A stretch of 64,000 bases of DNA from Selaginella moellendorffii. Lineage: Eukaryota; Plantae; Lycopodiophyta. The notes below the pieces were generated by a model. The model made no database searches. It was not told the origin of the DNA and worked only from the letters and a program-made list of their open reading frames with translations. The DNA is taken from NCBI RefSeq assembly GCF_000143415.4, contig NW_003314276.1, forward strand, positions 1,657,083-1,721,082. Direction: 5' to 3'. Every line of letters begins with the position of its first letter. The first letter of the stretch is position 1. Made by a program: the position numbers and the translations under genes. Below are positions 1-13,274 of the stretch, one piece after another.

Positions 1-880
1 TGATTATGGTTCAGTTCAATAGATGATCGAGCATACCTGAAGCCTGGAATCCAGGAAAAGCTGATGAGTTTGGGGACTAGCTCTGGGATTTTCTTAGACA
101 ATATCTCGAAAACCCTCTGCCCTTCGAGATAGCTAGTTCCAAATGCTGTATGGGAGATAACGTCTCCTGTGAGCTTGCGCACCTCTCCAGAGATTTCAAT
201 CTCGGGATTCTGCTGCCTCGTAGCTTCCCATTGATCAAGCATGCGAAACGTGCACCGTGCGATTGTACCGGTCATTTGCTGTGTCCAGGAGAATCAGAAA
301 CAGAAGATAATAGTATGAATACCCACTTTAATACGTTCATGAAAGAATGCCGGTGCTACGAGTCGGCGGTGATGACCCCATTCCTCTCCAGTAACACAAA
401 CCAATCCACGACCAAGGAACAAGTTCGCAACCCGCAGCCCGCCCACCGATTTATCAAACTGAGAAAACTTCTTAGACAAAACCTCCCTTACGATCTCAGG
501 CTCCGAGACCAATATCCTTGGCTCAGTTCCCCACCAGAACACAAATCTCTTTCCTGGACCATGATCATCAGAAACGAAGCTTTGAGATTCATCAGGGACA
601 ATAACATACCATATTGCTTCTGCCATTTGAGCAACGCAGGATGTACCCGATGGAAAATGTCGTGGCTGAAACTTTCCATGTTGTGATCCTTGATGGCGCG
701 CCTCATGTTCTGGATTTCAGCTATTTGGCCTACCATGAACCGGGGTGGAAGCCCCTGAATGCCCTCCTTCTTCAGCTGCGCCGCGATCGCCCTGGGGCGC
801 CACCAGTAGACCGTCAGGAATCGCCATAGCGCTGCAGTGAAGAGGACGATGCAAGTGCTCAAGATCCATCTCCCTTCCAT
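1..880 (-). CDS. Cytochrome P450, CYP72 clan; exons 1-3, runs off the left window edge
   Basis: ATG at 880, TM anchor (WILSTCIVLFTAALW), GIQGLPPRFMVG, KRFVFWWGTEPR..EPEIVREVL, GEEWGHHRRLVAPAF; near-identical to 60384-61287. Confidence 0.9.
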
Positions 881-1369
881 TTGCTGGATTAAGGGTAAAA
901 TGTGTGGGAGATGTGGGCGAGTGCATTTAAGCCAAGCAGATGGAGTGGATCTATCCCTAAGAAACTACAGGAACTTGTAGCGTTACACTGTTACTCATTG
1001 GTTAGTGGTGGTTTGTGTGTGGTTGCTCACTCTTCAATGATATTGGACGACATCGCAAGGCAGATTGGCTATTGTAAAAGTAAACCCGCAAAGATTTTGT
1101 TTAACATATGCCAATAAAAACAATAACATCAATGGAGTGAGGTCGTGAAGGATATGGTTTGGAGAGGGCTTCCACAGTGGATAGAGGGCCAACATGGAAT
1201 GCAGGCTCTTGGCATCGGCTAGCACATGGTACTTTCTCAGCGAGAAGAAGGATGTTCTCCCTCAGCTTCTGGAGCCCAATCGAGCTGGAAGGTATGGCAT
1301 TCATATTTCTTCCATTGTTTTTTAGTTCTAGGCTTTCGTCCAGGGAGGAAGGCATCCTATTTCATGGGG

Positions 1370-1740
1370 AGATGGAGCTGGATGGGGGCGGTGAGGAAAG
1401 ATTTTTGCACCATTTGCAAGAGTGGTGGCAAAGTTTTCTGCTGCGATGCTTGTATCACCTCCAGTGCTTGGATCCGCCAATGAAGTCTGTTCTATGGAGG
1501 AGCTCGAGATGCCTCTCATACTGGCATTATGTATTTATTTTTGTTTCAGGAGGAGCCTCTACGTAGATTCTCAAATGGCATGGCAAAGGTTATCTCATTG
1601 CAAGAGGGAAGCACTAACAGGAGTTTCATGCACTCTCACGGAGAAGGAAGACGGAGGAAGGCAAGAAGGCAGAAGAAGAGCTGATGAAGCATTTCCTTGT
1701 CAGGTGGAAGTCGAGGTCTTACCCTTCATTGCTCTTGGTA
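1370..1740 (+). pseudogene. PICKLE/CHD3-type chromatin remodeler fragment (PHD finger plus first chromodomain)
   Basis: DFCTICKSGGKVFCCDAC..YHLQCLDPPMK (PHD) and MKHFLVRWKSRSY-HCSW (cf. plant CHD3 KQYLVKWKGLSYLHCSW); frameshifted, introns retained, no ATPase domain follows. Confidence 0.75.
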
Positions 1741-3604
1741 AGTCTTTTCTTGCTTATAGACACTAGTCATTCGTACGAAGCATCACAGGATCCGCTGAAT
1801 GAAATGGAGAGCTTCAAGGCTGTATCATGGCTTGCGAATGAAGATGAACCAATTCCATAAAACGTGTGAGGCCATGAAACAATGTCCAACACTGTATGAG
1901 AATATGTCAAGCATATTCTATTATTTAGTGTATTCTAGGCTCTCCTTCACATTTTTGGTACACCAGACAAGGTAGAGTGACTTCTTGGTTTGTTCACCCT
2001 TTGAATCTGCAAAAGGATTGAAGTGAAAAGTTGAGGTTTTGGGTCATGGAATCTGGAACAAGAATTCTTGCAGGATATAAAGTGGATTGAGCTGATTCTT
2101 GTAGCAGAGGAAGCACCACATTATGATCTATCCAATGAATCCAAAATGGCTAGGTTTATGTAGGAATTTGAGGATTTTGATATCATGTTCTTTCTTGGAT
2201 TTGTGTTGGATTTGTAAATGGGGTATATGGGTGGAAGCACTTGATCTTGAAGTGTCTATAAAGTGTTTTTCTTGATTCATTTCGTGATGGAATGAGCTGC
2301 ATGCAAGTGATTTTTTGGTCATCAAGATATCTTGAAATGATTTGAGATTTCTAGTGTTTGGTAGATTTGAGTTAATTCACACACTTGATTTCATCATGGC
2401 TAAGTTCAATGTGTATAAGATGCTATTGCAAGAGTCCATCTATGAGTATTATAGTTACTTCAAACAATATATTCATAAGTGTGAGAGCGTGAACATATAG
2501 TGTAATGGAGTTCAGGTGGTAAAGGCATATGTGAATTGTATGCATCTATTTTGGCACAAAGTTTGTGGGAAGTGCCTGAAGAAGCTGGACAAAGTTATAC
2601 AATATGCTATCACTCAAGAACACAAGAGGTTGTTTTAGCAAAGAAAAACGGTGTACAAGGAGGGCTATCACACAGTGCATTGGCAGAGATCTACTCCTTC
2701 CTCTACTTACTCTACTTAGATGCTCTCTAATGGCACTTTCAAGGAAAGTCAGCAGCAGATGACCAAGAGGTTGAATCGGATAGAAATAGAGACAAATTCA
2801 TTGAGGCAACAATAGGCTGGGCATGGCCAAGGCCAAGGATACTCTAGCCGGGGGCGAAGAGTAGTTGATGCAGGAGTAGTATCAGTTTATGAGTTTTGTC
2901 AGCTTTATAGCCATGATAAGGAATGTTAGAGAGCAAAGCAAGAATATATGACATGGGGAAACCATGCTATTGTTTCCACACCTACTCCTTGGCCTCCACA
3001 ACAACAAGGTTTTCAGCACAAGCCTCTGCAGGAGAATGTACAGTTGGTCCAAAACCAAGCCAGATCAAAAAGGAAAAGCTCGGACAGATTTAGTGAATCT
3101 CGTTCACTTCTCAAGACCACATGACTTCATTGATGATCATATTGGTGTCAATGAGAATGAGGAGTGGATTGCTGGCTCACATCCGTGGATAGGACAGTTC
3201 AAAAGTGATAATATTGGTTATGCAGCAACATGGTTGGCAAGGAGGCATGGGCCTTGGATCTTCTGGATAGGGGTGCTTATATCCGATTGAGCCAGTCACC
3301 ATAGTGAATAGACAGGGTGTGGGAATAGAGATCATCTTAGGTGTCCTTGACTCACAGGTGCAATATGTTGAAATGTAAACAAAGTCTCCAGACACACCAG
3401 ATTCCCCCTACAACTTGGAAACATTTGCTATCACCACGCAAAGGTAGGAGGCATACTATCCATTGGTGCCACTTTTAGTAGACGATGCTTTGCCTTCATG
3501 TCAATCGTTCTCAATGAAGAAGGTTGTTTTACAAATTGTAACTCAAGCTCAGTGTTGAGTTGGAAGCTGAAAAGCTAGTAGTCACCCAAGTTGACAAGTT
3601 GATG

Positions 3605-4255
3605 ATTTTGCCATCCTTTAGATCTCACCACAACTCCCACTTTCTATATATCCTCTAAGTTAAAAGGATGTCTGTAACATGTAAACCTAAAAGCTAAGTT
3701 ATTAAACTTCTGAAAATAATATATTGAGCTTTCCACACTCAAGGGCATAAAGAGTTCTAGCTATTTAAAAACTGGAGACTTCATAGGAATTTCATTAGAA
3801 CAATCTCAATGGAATAAAGAGTAGAGGGTAAGATATAGTGGCAACACCATTACCCATCATTTATCATAATGTGCAATGGCTAAGATATTAACATTAATAT
3901 TCAATGCTATGCAATCTAAACAAGCACTTAACCTTATTAGGTGCTACGCTTAGCATTCATAGAATTAAAGACAAACCAGTCATAAAAAGGAAATTGCATA
4001 AAAACTATAAAAAATAAAGGAAACCTGGTATAGCAAATTCTTCAGTAATATAGTTGTCTTCTATGGTTAATTCTCTTAGAATGCATCATTTTTATTGACT
4101 CTTTGCTCTTGAAAAACTTAATATTCCCAAGTTTCTCTTCAGAATAAAGCATTCAAACATTCTTAAGCAAGTAATTATCATTAGAAAACACAAACTCGAA
4201 AATATAATCATGCACTTTCCAACATATTCAAAATAAACAATGTATTTATACCATG
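3605..4255. repeat. Inverted duplicate of 21786-22455
   Basis: 4021-4255 is the near-exact reverse complement of about 21786-22020. Confidence 0.85.
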
Positions 4256-4514
4256 ATTTTAATTATAATATTGATTGGTTGTGAAACTTTACGACATTTC
4301 TTTGAAAACTAAAAAGGTTGACTAAGAGTTATATTTTATTTCCTTTTAAAGTGAAACTATATATATATTTGGAAGAAAAAACAACAGCACAATTAAAAGA
4401 AACAACATTTTCTAAGTATTCTATATTATTGACATGATTATATTCCTCCATTTTTTAATATTTTGTATAGTGATATAACCATTTGCTTCTCTCTTGATCA
4501 AGTCTCCAACTTTT

Positions 4515-4710
4515 GCAGAAAAAAAGGGGAAGAAAGAGAAGAAAGGAGGAGGATAAACAGATCACACGAGATTAGCTATAGATCACAAGCAGAATGGAGC
4601 TCCAGAGCATGCATCAGGAGCACTAGGGAGGAAACCCTGGAAGGAGCGAGAGAAACAAAGAGATGCGCATATCTCACACATTCGTATCGGGCGCTTGGCC
4701 CAGCGCTGTC
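4515..4710 (-). repeat. Inverted, degraded copy of the bZIP 5' leader (23635-23875)
   Basis: gagcatgcatcaggagc, ggaaaccct, gagagaaaca and cagatcacacgag blocks match the reverse complement. Confidence 0.8.
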
Positions 4711-4759
4711 GTGAAATTGCCCGAGGAAAATAAAAGTAATAGACGAGACTAAGTAATTC

Positions 4760-5801
4760 ATATTATAAAAAGAAACACAATATAAAAGCAAAGGTGTAAA
4801 TTCTACGAAATTTGCTAGAGTGGAATTTTTCTGAAATGGGAAAGCAACTGCATCTGTAGTAGATAAATTCAAAATGGTTGTAGATAAAGACTTCTTCTCC
4901 ACAAATAAAACAGCTCCATTCAAACATATAGCATTGGATACTTTACCAACACCTTTAGCCAGATTTTCACCTCCAACATCACCACCTGTTTCTCCTTGCA
5001 TATACCATAGATGCATGCTGTTTTTGAATTGAGTGCAGCACAACACACCTGTCCGACCATGGCAGGAAACAAATAAACCATTGTTCCTGTGTAGCCGCTC
5101 ATCCCATGGCCAAGTCTGCTTTAATTCAAACCTCAACCCTTCCAAATCCAAAGTGAACAGACCGACATACTCTGGATCATTCAAATTCTTGTAGTGACCA
5201 CAAAGCAAATACAAAGTAGTGTTGCCCACCATTTCCCCATATTCTGCAACTGACACCATCCCAATGCTGTGCTAGCAGCCCTCCAGAATCCCAGTCTCGA
5301 GTTGTATACATGAGCTGTTGTAAACATTGTGTAGACACTTCTCACCTTACCTCTGATCTCAACTTTTTTTTCTTCACAAGAACGACTTTTTACAAAGCAG
5401 ACTGTGTATTCCTTGAAGTCTTGACTGATGCCCATGTAAGAGGATGAAATCAGCCCTTTAGCCCTGAGATCTGGGAACGCTCTAAAGCATCCAGTGACTG
5501 GATTGCCTACTAGGACCTGGTTCCATTTCAAAAAGCAGAGCTATAAGAAACCCCACTGTGGGCACACTTCCATCTCTATCCAGTTGAAGGCGTTGCTGTT
5601 GTTAAATGGGTTGCCCCTGAACATGCACAACGTGCCTGCAAGAACATAAGGAATAGCTGCTGGAATGTTTGCCTGTGCATGCCGCACGCCAAAGCCTGGG
5701 GAGTCGATCAATTCCCGCCACCGTTTGCACACTGCTCTCATCTGCCAGACATCGCGCAGCGGCAGCTGCTGCAACACCTCCTCCTCAAGTTCTTGATTCA
5801 T
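4760..5801 (-). pseudogene. F-box protein (plant FBA/kelch-like C-terminus), disrupted
   Basis: ELEEEVLQQLPLRDVWQMRAVCKRWRELIDSPGF F-box, later VLVGNPVTGCFRAFP; in-frame TAG at 5541-5543 and a frameshift near 5260. Confidence 0.8.
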
Positions 5802-7668
5802 TTGCAACCCTAATGATCTTAACCTATTTTTAAAAGGTAATCATAAGGATCGTGAACTCATCCCTCCATGAGAGCCAACTTCTCCCGTGTTAAAACCCAG
5901 CACAAAACCTGAAAATAGAATTTCCTCTGAAAGAACGAAAAGATCTTACCTATTCTTAGCTAGGGCATCCTACAAAGATGAGTGGAAAATTCTTGTGCAG
6001 CATATGAGAGATCCAAGCAGGCTCTCCAATTCTAGCCATAGCAGTCCATTGCTAATCCAGCCCTAAAGAAAATTAGGATGGATAAGACCCTACACACATG
6101 TATATCCAACACTACAAAGGACGATCACTTGACATACCCATCCATAAACCTTTATACTTGACCAACACAAGCTCTTGGGCCTCCATTTCTACCACTTGGC
6201 ACTGCTTCTTCTTTTGCAAACTTTGAGGCTAAAGAGTTGCAGTAAAGAAGAGAAATCTGGAGCAAGTGAAACTTTGGTGTCAAGGAGGAGTTGTGATAAA
6301 GAAAATTTCTTTGGCTGCAAGGGTAGAGTAGGAGGGGCTGTGGTAAAAGGAGAGTTTTTCCCTCTTTGGCTACAACTTCCTAGTATTGCCCAGCAAATGC
6401 TGGATGAGTACAAAAATTAGTAATTTTATACAATTTTTTTCTTTTGATATTTTTATATGTATATATATATACACACACAATAGCATAGACTATATATTTA
6501 GAACACTGGTATATTCCTAAAAGTGTTAAAGAAGAATTACTAAGTAAATATTATTGGTTAAGATAATATATGCAGTATTACTTAGGAATATGGGTATATT
6601 TAGAATATTAAGATTTTAATAAATTTAATACTCAACCTAGAACAAATTAAAACAAATTTTTTTAGGAATGAGTTTTTTTATAGTTATAAGAATAAATATA
6701 TTTAGTACAGAGAAAAACAATAAAATAAGAATTACAAAAAATAATTTTATTAATTAGATGTTACATGTAAAATATGTTTTTATTTGGGATATAAACAAAT
6801 TTAGAATCGTAAAATGTTAAGAAAACAAATATATTACTACCCAGACTCATAGAAATATAAAGAAGAACTACTAAGATTAATTATCATTAATTTAGGTAAG
6901 CATCATTTAAATATTATGTGTTTACTTGGAATATGAATAAATATACAACTAAGATTTAAAGAGTTACTTTGCCATGTGTGTTTCTTAGAATATAGAACAA
7001 TAAAACTTTAAGAACACTAATCTACTACCCAGACCAAGTAAAACTAAGAAAAGAAATACAAAAAAGATTTTTTATTAATATATAAACTATAAATTTAAAA
7101 CCTTGTTTATATTAAGACTATGAGAACCTATGCATATTTTTCCCACATCTCAACTCTTCCCTAACTTCTGAGCATATTGTAATTGCCCAATCAATACATC
7201 AGTACAGCTTCTCTATTTATCAACTAAACATATACATAAAGAAGAAATTTGTAAGACAGGGTAAGTGCCATCTTAATTATACTAACTGATTGAGGCAAGT
7301 TTAAATCAATATGAATTTTAATCATAGTATCCAAGCTAGGAAACAATATTCTTGGCCCAATAGTTTTGCCACCTAAGCAACATCTCCTGTACAATCACCT
7401 CAGCAGCCATGCCCTATGGGAACCCCAAATGCTGTTGTTCTTGTGCCCACACAATCCTTTGCAAGAGTTTTCTAAGAGCCAAAAAAAAATTGATAAGCAA
7501 TGTAGGAGGGCCACAGAACCACAGTAGGCAACATTTTTTGTCACTTACTGTCCATGGCTTATGCCCCAACAATTCTTTATCCCAGCACCCAGCCTTCGTC
7601 CACAAACAGAGGAAGGTGGAATAGCAAAAGAGTTTGTGCTTACCCCGACTTTGATCAACCACAGTGGA

Positions 7669-7768
7669 NNNNNNNNNNNNNNNNNNNNNNNNNNNNNNNN
7701 NNNNNNNNNNNNNNNNNNNNNNNNNNNNNNNNNNNNNNNNNNNNNNNNNNNNNNNNNNNNNNNNNNNN
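7669..7768. other. Assembly gap (100 N)
   Basis: N run. Confidence 1.
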
Positions 7769-8394
7769 GTGGACTTGACACTCTCAGCCTTCTGCTACTA
7801 GAACTCTTGCATGAGTGAGCAGAAGCAATGGGAGATAAAATCCTAGCTCTGCGATCCAGGCAGCCCTAGAGCTTGGTTCTGTAGTGTGCAGAGAGGTAGC
7901 AACACAGCCCAGAAGTGTAGAGCAAGCAATACAAGAGCCCGTAAAATAGGCATGCTGAGAAAATGAAACTCACATAAGAAAGCAAGAAGCAAGATCTTGA
8001 CACAAACAGTACCAGGACATGGCTCATTCTAGTGGCGTTGACATAGTGCCTCAGATTTAGATTGCAAATCGGCAACAATGGCAAGGGCTGTCTCACCATT
8101 TCATAAATCCTAGATAAACAAAAACCAATTCACTCGACAGGTGACAGGCGCAGTCACAGTCAACACATTTGCATATGCCACATGTTGCAGTGCCTTCTTC
8201 TTTTGCCAGCTTGGCCACCTCCTATTGGCCGAGAGCAAACATCAGCATAAGATGTGGTTAAAGAAATATTATTGATTATTCAATAAGATGTGGTTAAAGA
8301 AATAATCACTTTACAATTACCCCCCATCGGACGGCTGCGATTGGCTGGATCTGGTGGCCTAGAAAGTTTGGCACTCCCTCCTTATTATAATAGA
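7769..8394 (-). mobile_element. Helitron unit 3: 5' end and subterminal region; 3' end not found (gap)
   Basis: Starts TCTATTATAATAAGG at 8394; about 400 bp homologous to the 5' region of unit 1 (19820-20203). Confidence 0.65.
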
Positions 8395-8559
8395 CTAGCA
8401 CTTGCTTAACATATACTGTGCTGTTAACAAATACTGTTTTGAATGTTAAGTCTAATGAACAAATAAAACAGCTTGCTAATAGGACAACATTCTTGATCAA
8501 GAATTTGCTTTAGTGCTACAAACAATGTATGGAAGATTTAATATAAGCCTCCTTATATA

Positions 8560-11500
8560 CTATGTTGATAGTGAAAGTAGGACTCAAAGGGAATAACTAT
8601 CCTTGGAGTGATGTGTTTTGTACTTTAATGCCTAATACTGCTAGTGATGTGCATCTTGATAAAGCCATATAAAATTGACCATGGGTGAAAACTGGATATG
8701 GCAAGTGTATTCCGACTCAGTCAAATGTTTGGCCTTGACATTTAGAGATTGTAAGGCAATACCCTAGATGCACTAGAAATTGTCTTCTGGACATTTTAAA
8801 TGGAATTTTTGTGAATGAAGGTGTGAGTGTGATTTGAGGGATGAAAGCTCGTGTACCTTTGAATTGGCCTAATACAATTTCATAGTCTAGAACTGTTAGT
8901 AAGGCATGTTAAGTATGAGGCGTGCACCATTACATAGTCCAATCAAGACATATATTCCTTAATAGAATAAAGATAATACCTTATTTAAGCAAGAGTTTAT
9001 GTGGTGGAAGACCAGAAGGAGTAATGGAATTTAAGAATTCAACTCAAAAATCTTCTAGGTGTTCAGTATCAAATCAACACTTTTATAAATATGTATATCA
9101 TCAAGTAAGGAAGAGACTATAGCATTATTAATAGGAAAAGTATCATCATTAAGTGGGGTAAGTATGACTCTATTAGATGCAACGTAGGGGTCTGAAATAT
9201 TCTGTAGAGATGGGAAAATATAATCAACAATAGAGGATATTATTACCATATGTAAGGTAATACAATAGATTCTGAAGGCAAATTGGGTAAATTCATATAA
9301 TTATTACCATTTCCAATTTGAAGAAGTCAATCAGCTTATAAAGAGTTGTTTTCAATTAGTCTCATATTCCTTTTTAATGGAAGTGTTCTAAAAAATTTTC
9401 ATAACCTATTTATTTTTACTAAATTTGAAACAATTTGTGCTCAACGACCATATGGAATAACTGGTAGTGTTTGTCTAAGTCACCACTTCCAATAATAAAA
9501 ATTCCTCCAAAAGGTAATTCATTTATTTTTATATCTTGTAATGCTAAATTAATGGTAGAAAATGTATGTGTATTGTAGCGCATGTGATCATAGGATAAGA
9601 TTTGGATATACTGTCATCGTGGATCCTTAAAACCTTGGGGGATAAATGGGGATAAAATAGCCACTAAAGGTTCTCTCATCAAGCAATTGCCCTTTTCCCA
9701 GTTGGTTTAAGAGGAGAAAGATAGGATGCGCTACATGTATGAACCATACTAATTTCATCCTATATGAACGCATTTTTATTTTTTCTGGCTTGCTTTACTA
9801 TTAGCTGTAATAGTAGAAGTAGAAATTTCATTTATTGGAACAGGAAGTTTAAAAGTTATATATAATATTTGACCATTATGCAATAAAGTGCTTACAATAC
9901 CTGTCCAAGCCATACTAATTACATTTTTGTTTAGAAGTTGAAATATATGTATAAGAGTGTTAAGTAGAAAATTTTTACCAATACTACCAGGACCATCAAT
10001 GAAAATATATCAATTTTTCTCGGTTAATCGTGCTGAGGATATCATTATATATAATCTATTGCTCATCATTAAACTGAAGTAAATTTTGTTCTACAAAATA
10101 AATGAATTGTGTCAAATTAATATGATTATTTGCATCAAAGTTTGTATAAAATAAAAGTAATTCATAATCTTGATTGGATTTTCCATATAGATTGAATTTC
10201 CTATTTATATCATGTAAAGCACACTCATAACAAAGTAATGGATCTATTAGTATAAAATATTTAGAAAAAGAGTTTTTGCATTTTTCCCACAAGGAATAAA
10301 GATTTTTTGGACTATAAAAGACACATAAAAAAAAATATTTGTCTTAATTGTGGTGGCATTTTGAAAGAGCAAGCATCTTCTAAACATTTTTCCCATTCTG
10401 TATTATTTGCTAGAAGTCCCATAGCAGATGCAGTAAGTTGAAATATTTCAAAATAAATATTATGAACTATTTTTAGATTGTTAAAAGAAGTAGCCCCTCT
10501 TTTGTAAAGTAATATAAAATATAAATGATAAAGTTTAGTATTAGATAAGGAAAAAAAATACATTTGTGAGATAATATTTTATTGATATCTAATGGTGAGT
10601 GCATTTATTATATGTATAATGTAGAGGAATTTTAGGATACCTATACTGCCTTGCATTTGGATCATGTCTATTTAATTCAAACCATTTTGTTAACATAGTA
10701 CCATTTTGAGTAGCTCTTTGAAGTTTAATTTGCTTATTACCTTCGATGAAATAAATATTTTCAAAATTTTCTAGATGAAGAAGAAGATGAATTATAAATG
10801 TTGAATAGCCATGAATTTTAAATTGGAAAAGTTTCTATATAGTTTCTGGAGCAGAAACATAATAGGTATTTAAAAAACTTGAAATTTCATTCTAGTTTAA
10901 GCTATTATCATGTTGTTGAGTTGTTGAAAGGATTTTAATAGTGACATAATCATAACCTTTATAAAAATATTAAAATAGATATTTAATACTTTTTATAGTT
11001 GCATATATTTTAATATTTATATGAGCTTTCTATTTTTTACAGAGGTACTTGTTATAAGGTACAACCCAATGGTTATCCATATAATAACCATATTTAAAAA
11101 TTGTATGTCCATTGTCTTGTCCATAATAATCTGGATATCCATTAACTGAAAATGTTGTTTCATAATTAAATTTTTTGGAAAACCTTTCGAGCAAGAACTA
11201 TTTTCCATGCAAGAACTATTAGGATAAAAAAAGTCCACATGGTCCATGCATATAACTATTTCAAAAATTTCAGGCTCGTCATGAGGATTTAGTAATCCAA
11301 CCATGATATATTGATTAATTGCATCACGGTCTTTAATTTTATTTTCATGGGCTAGAATTCCTAGAAAATGACAATGTGGGAGACCTCTTTTTTGGAACTC
11401 AATTGCATATATATATGCTATATATTTTCCAAATACATATCTTTTTATTGTGTCTTTCAAAAATTCTTTAAGGTTAATATGGAAAACTCTAGAGACCAAA

Positions 11501-12740
11501 TTAGGACAGTCTTTAGGACTTTCATTTGGATGTAAGTGTTTTATAATTTCTATTCATTTAGGTTTGCAAGTGAAAGTAAAGAAAATATCTAGTTTTGAAT
11601 AATGAGTAACAATTGCCATTGCATCTTGATAATTTAGTTGCATTGCTCTAGGTTGAAGGTAGTATAACAATTTTACTGGGGTTTATATTTTCATTTAAAA
11701 CATGATTTGCAACATAATCCATAAGACTAATATACATTTCTACTCATATTTTTTTTTGGTGGGTACGATAGTAATATTGATAATATTATAATATATAGAT
11801 TATGTTGCAAATCATGTTTTAAACTGAAAATATGCATCAATAATTATGCATTGACAATATATTGTTGAGTAAGCTTGCTAGCATGTAAGATTTGGTCAAA
11901 ACCTAATTGTAGTGTGTCTCTTTTAGATAAGCGATATGCCTAATATAAAAGTAATGTAGTTTGACATTGTCACATGTTCACAATATTTGTATGCCATCCT
12001 TTATCACCAAAAGAAAATATCCAAAGATAAACCATAGGATCACCATTAACACCAAGTGGTTAAATCTTTCTAGAATGATTTACCCTGGAATATATATCAA
12101 TTTCCCCATCCACATGGGGGTTCTTCATTCTCATTAACAAAAAAAATAGCAACATCATTTGTTTGTGGTATATTATAATGTCAATTATCTGTTCCTTCAT
12201 TTCTTAGTAACATATAAACACCATGTAAAGGATGGCCTGTAACTACTACTTCATGAAGTTTTTTTTATTCCATTTCATACATCATTCTGTAAGCATGTGC
12301 ATATGAATTAATATGACAAAGGAGTGTATCAAGATATAATAGTAAATCTTACTCACAACTTGTATTAAATGGGTTTTGATGCCTTATATATGTGGCTTCT
12401 TGTGTATCTAGCATATAAAGTTGCCCGTAAGATGGACTTTGATCACCAGAAGAATGTGATGACATGACACTATGGTAAATCGACCTATGAATTCTAAATT
12501 AATAAAGACTATTACCCCTTAAAGTGTCAATGTTAGCACCCATTGATGCAAATGCAAAGGCACTATTATAGTGTTTAATATTAGTTCTGAAATTAGAGTT
12601 TTTGTTTTGCTTGTAAAGTGTAAGTAAAGTATTTGGCAAAGGTAATACAGTTGGCAATATCACTTGACTATGTTGACAACACATAGTAATGTTCTCATTT
12701 TTAAAATGTGATACATTACAAATAACACAAATAGATGATA
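8560..12740 (-). pseudogene. Helitron Rep/PIF1 helicase (RepHel), many stops and frameshifts
   Basis: YNSAFAFASMG; IEFQKRGLPHCH (HUH motif, ~11370); KYLF*YFYKG (motif 3, ~10970); DGPGSIGKNF (Walker A, ~9990); CQGQTFD..VFTHGQFYMALSR (helicase motifs V/VI, ~8660-8740). Confidence 0.92.
9574..9735 (+). mobile_element. Solo LTR of the 162-bp-LTR TRIM
   Basis: TGTAGCGCA...TGCGCTACA, 5-bp TSD TGTAT; reverse complement of the LTRs at 52573 and 53085. Confidence 0.9.
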
Positions 12741-13112
12741 AAAAACCATGAAATTTGTGAATCTTTATAAATAGTGTGACTTGCTAGTGTGGTTTGTGAA
12801 GGTGGAGATGGTGTAGTGGATATTGCTTGATATGTATATATTTCATTTTAATTTGAAGCGGCTCAGGTGTTTATCAAAATTGTTAGTATCGAAATTCTTA
12901 TCTAAATGATTGGTATTTTTTATAGTTCTAAGAAGATGACGAAGGTGAGGCATAATTTAAAATTTTCAAGTACAAAGCTAGAAAACTATAGCTTATGCAG
13001 GTTCATGTTTGTAAACAAACTTGAATTTACAAGAGAAATATGAAATAGTGTTTGGAGGTTAAGGATATAAACAAACATGAATGCTGTATGGTTAGAAGAA
13101 AGATTGACTTTT

Positions 13113-13274
13113 TGTAGCACACCTTATGTCTCTCCCCTTAAGCTAACTGGAAAAGGGGCAATTGCTTGATGAGAGAGCCTTTAATAGCTATTTTATCTCC
13201 ATTTATCCCTCAAAGTTCCAAAGATCCATGGTAACAATATATCTAAATCTCATCCCATAATCACATGCGCTACA
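13113..13274 (-). mobile_element. Solo LTR of the same TRIM
   Basis: 162 bp, matches 52573-52734; flanks CTTTT/CCTTT. Confidence 0.88.

Noticed and set aside
5850-7668. Possible Gypsy integrase remnants and degenerate AT-rich repeats
   Set aside because: No unambiguous motif or termini
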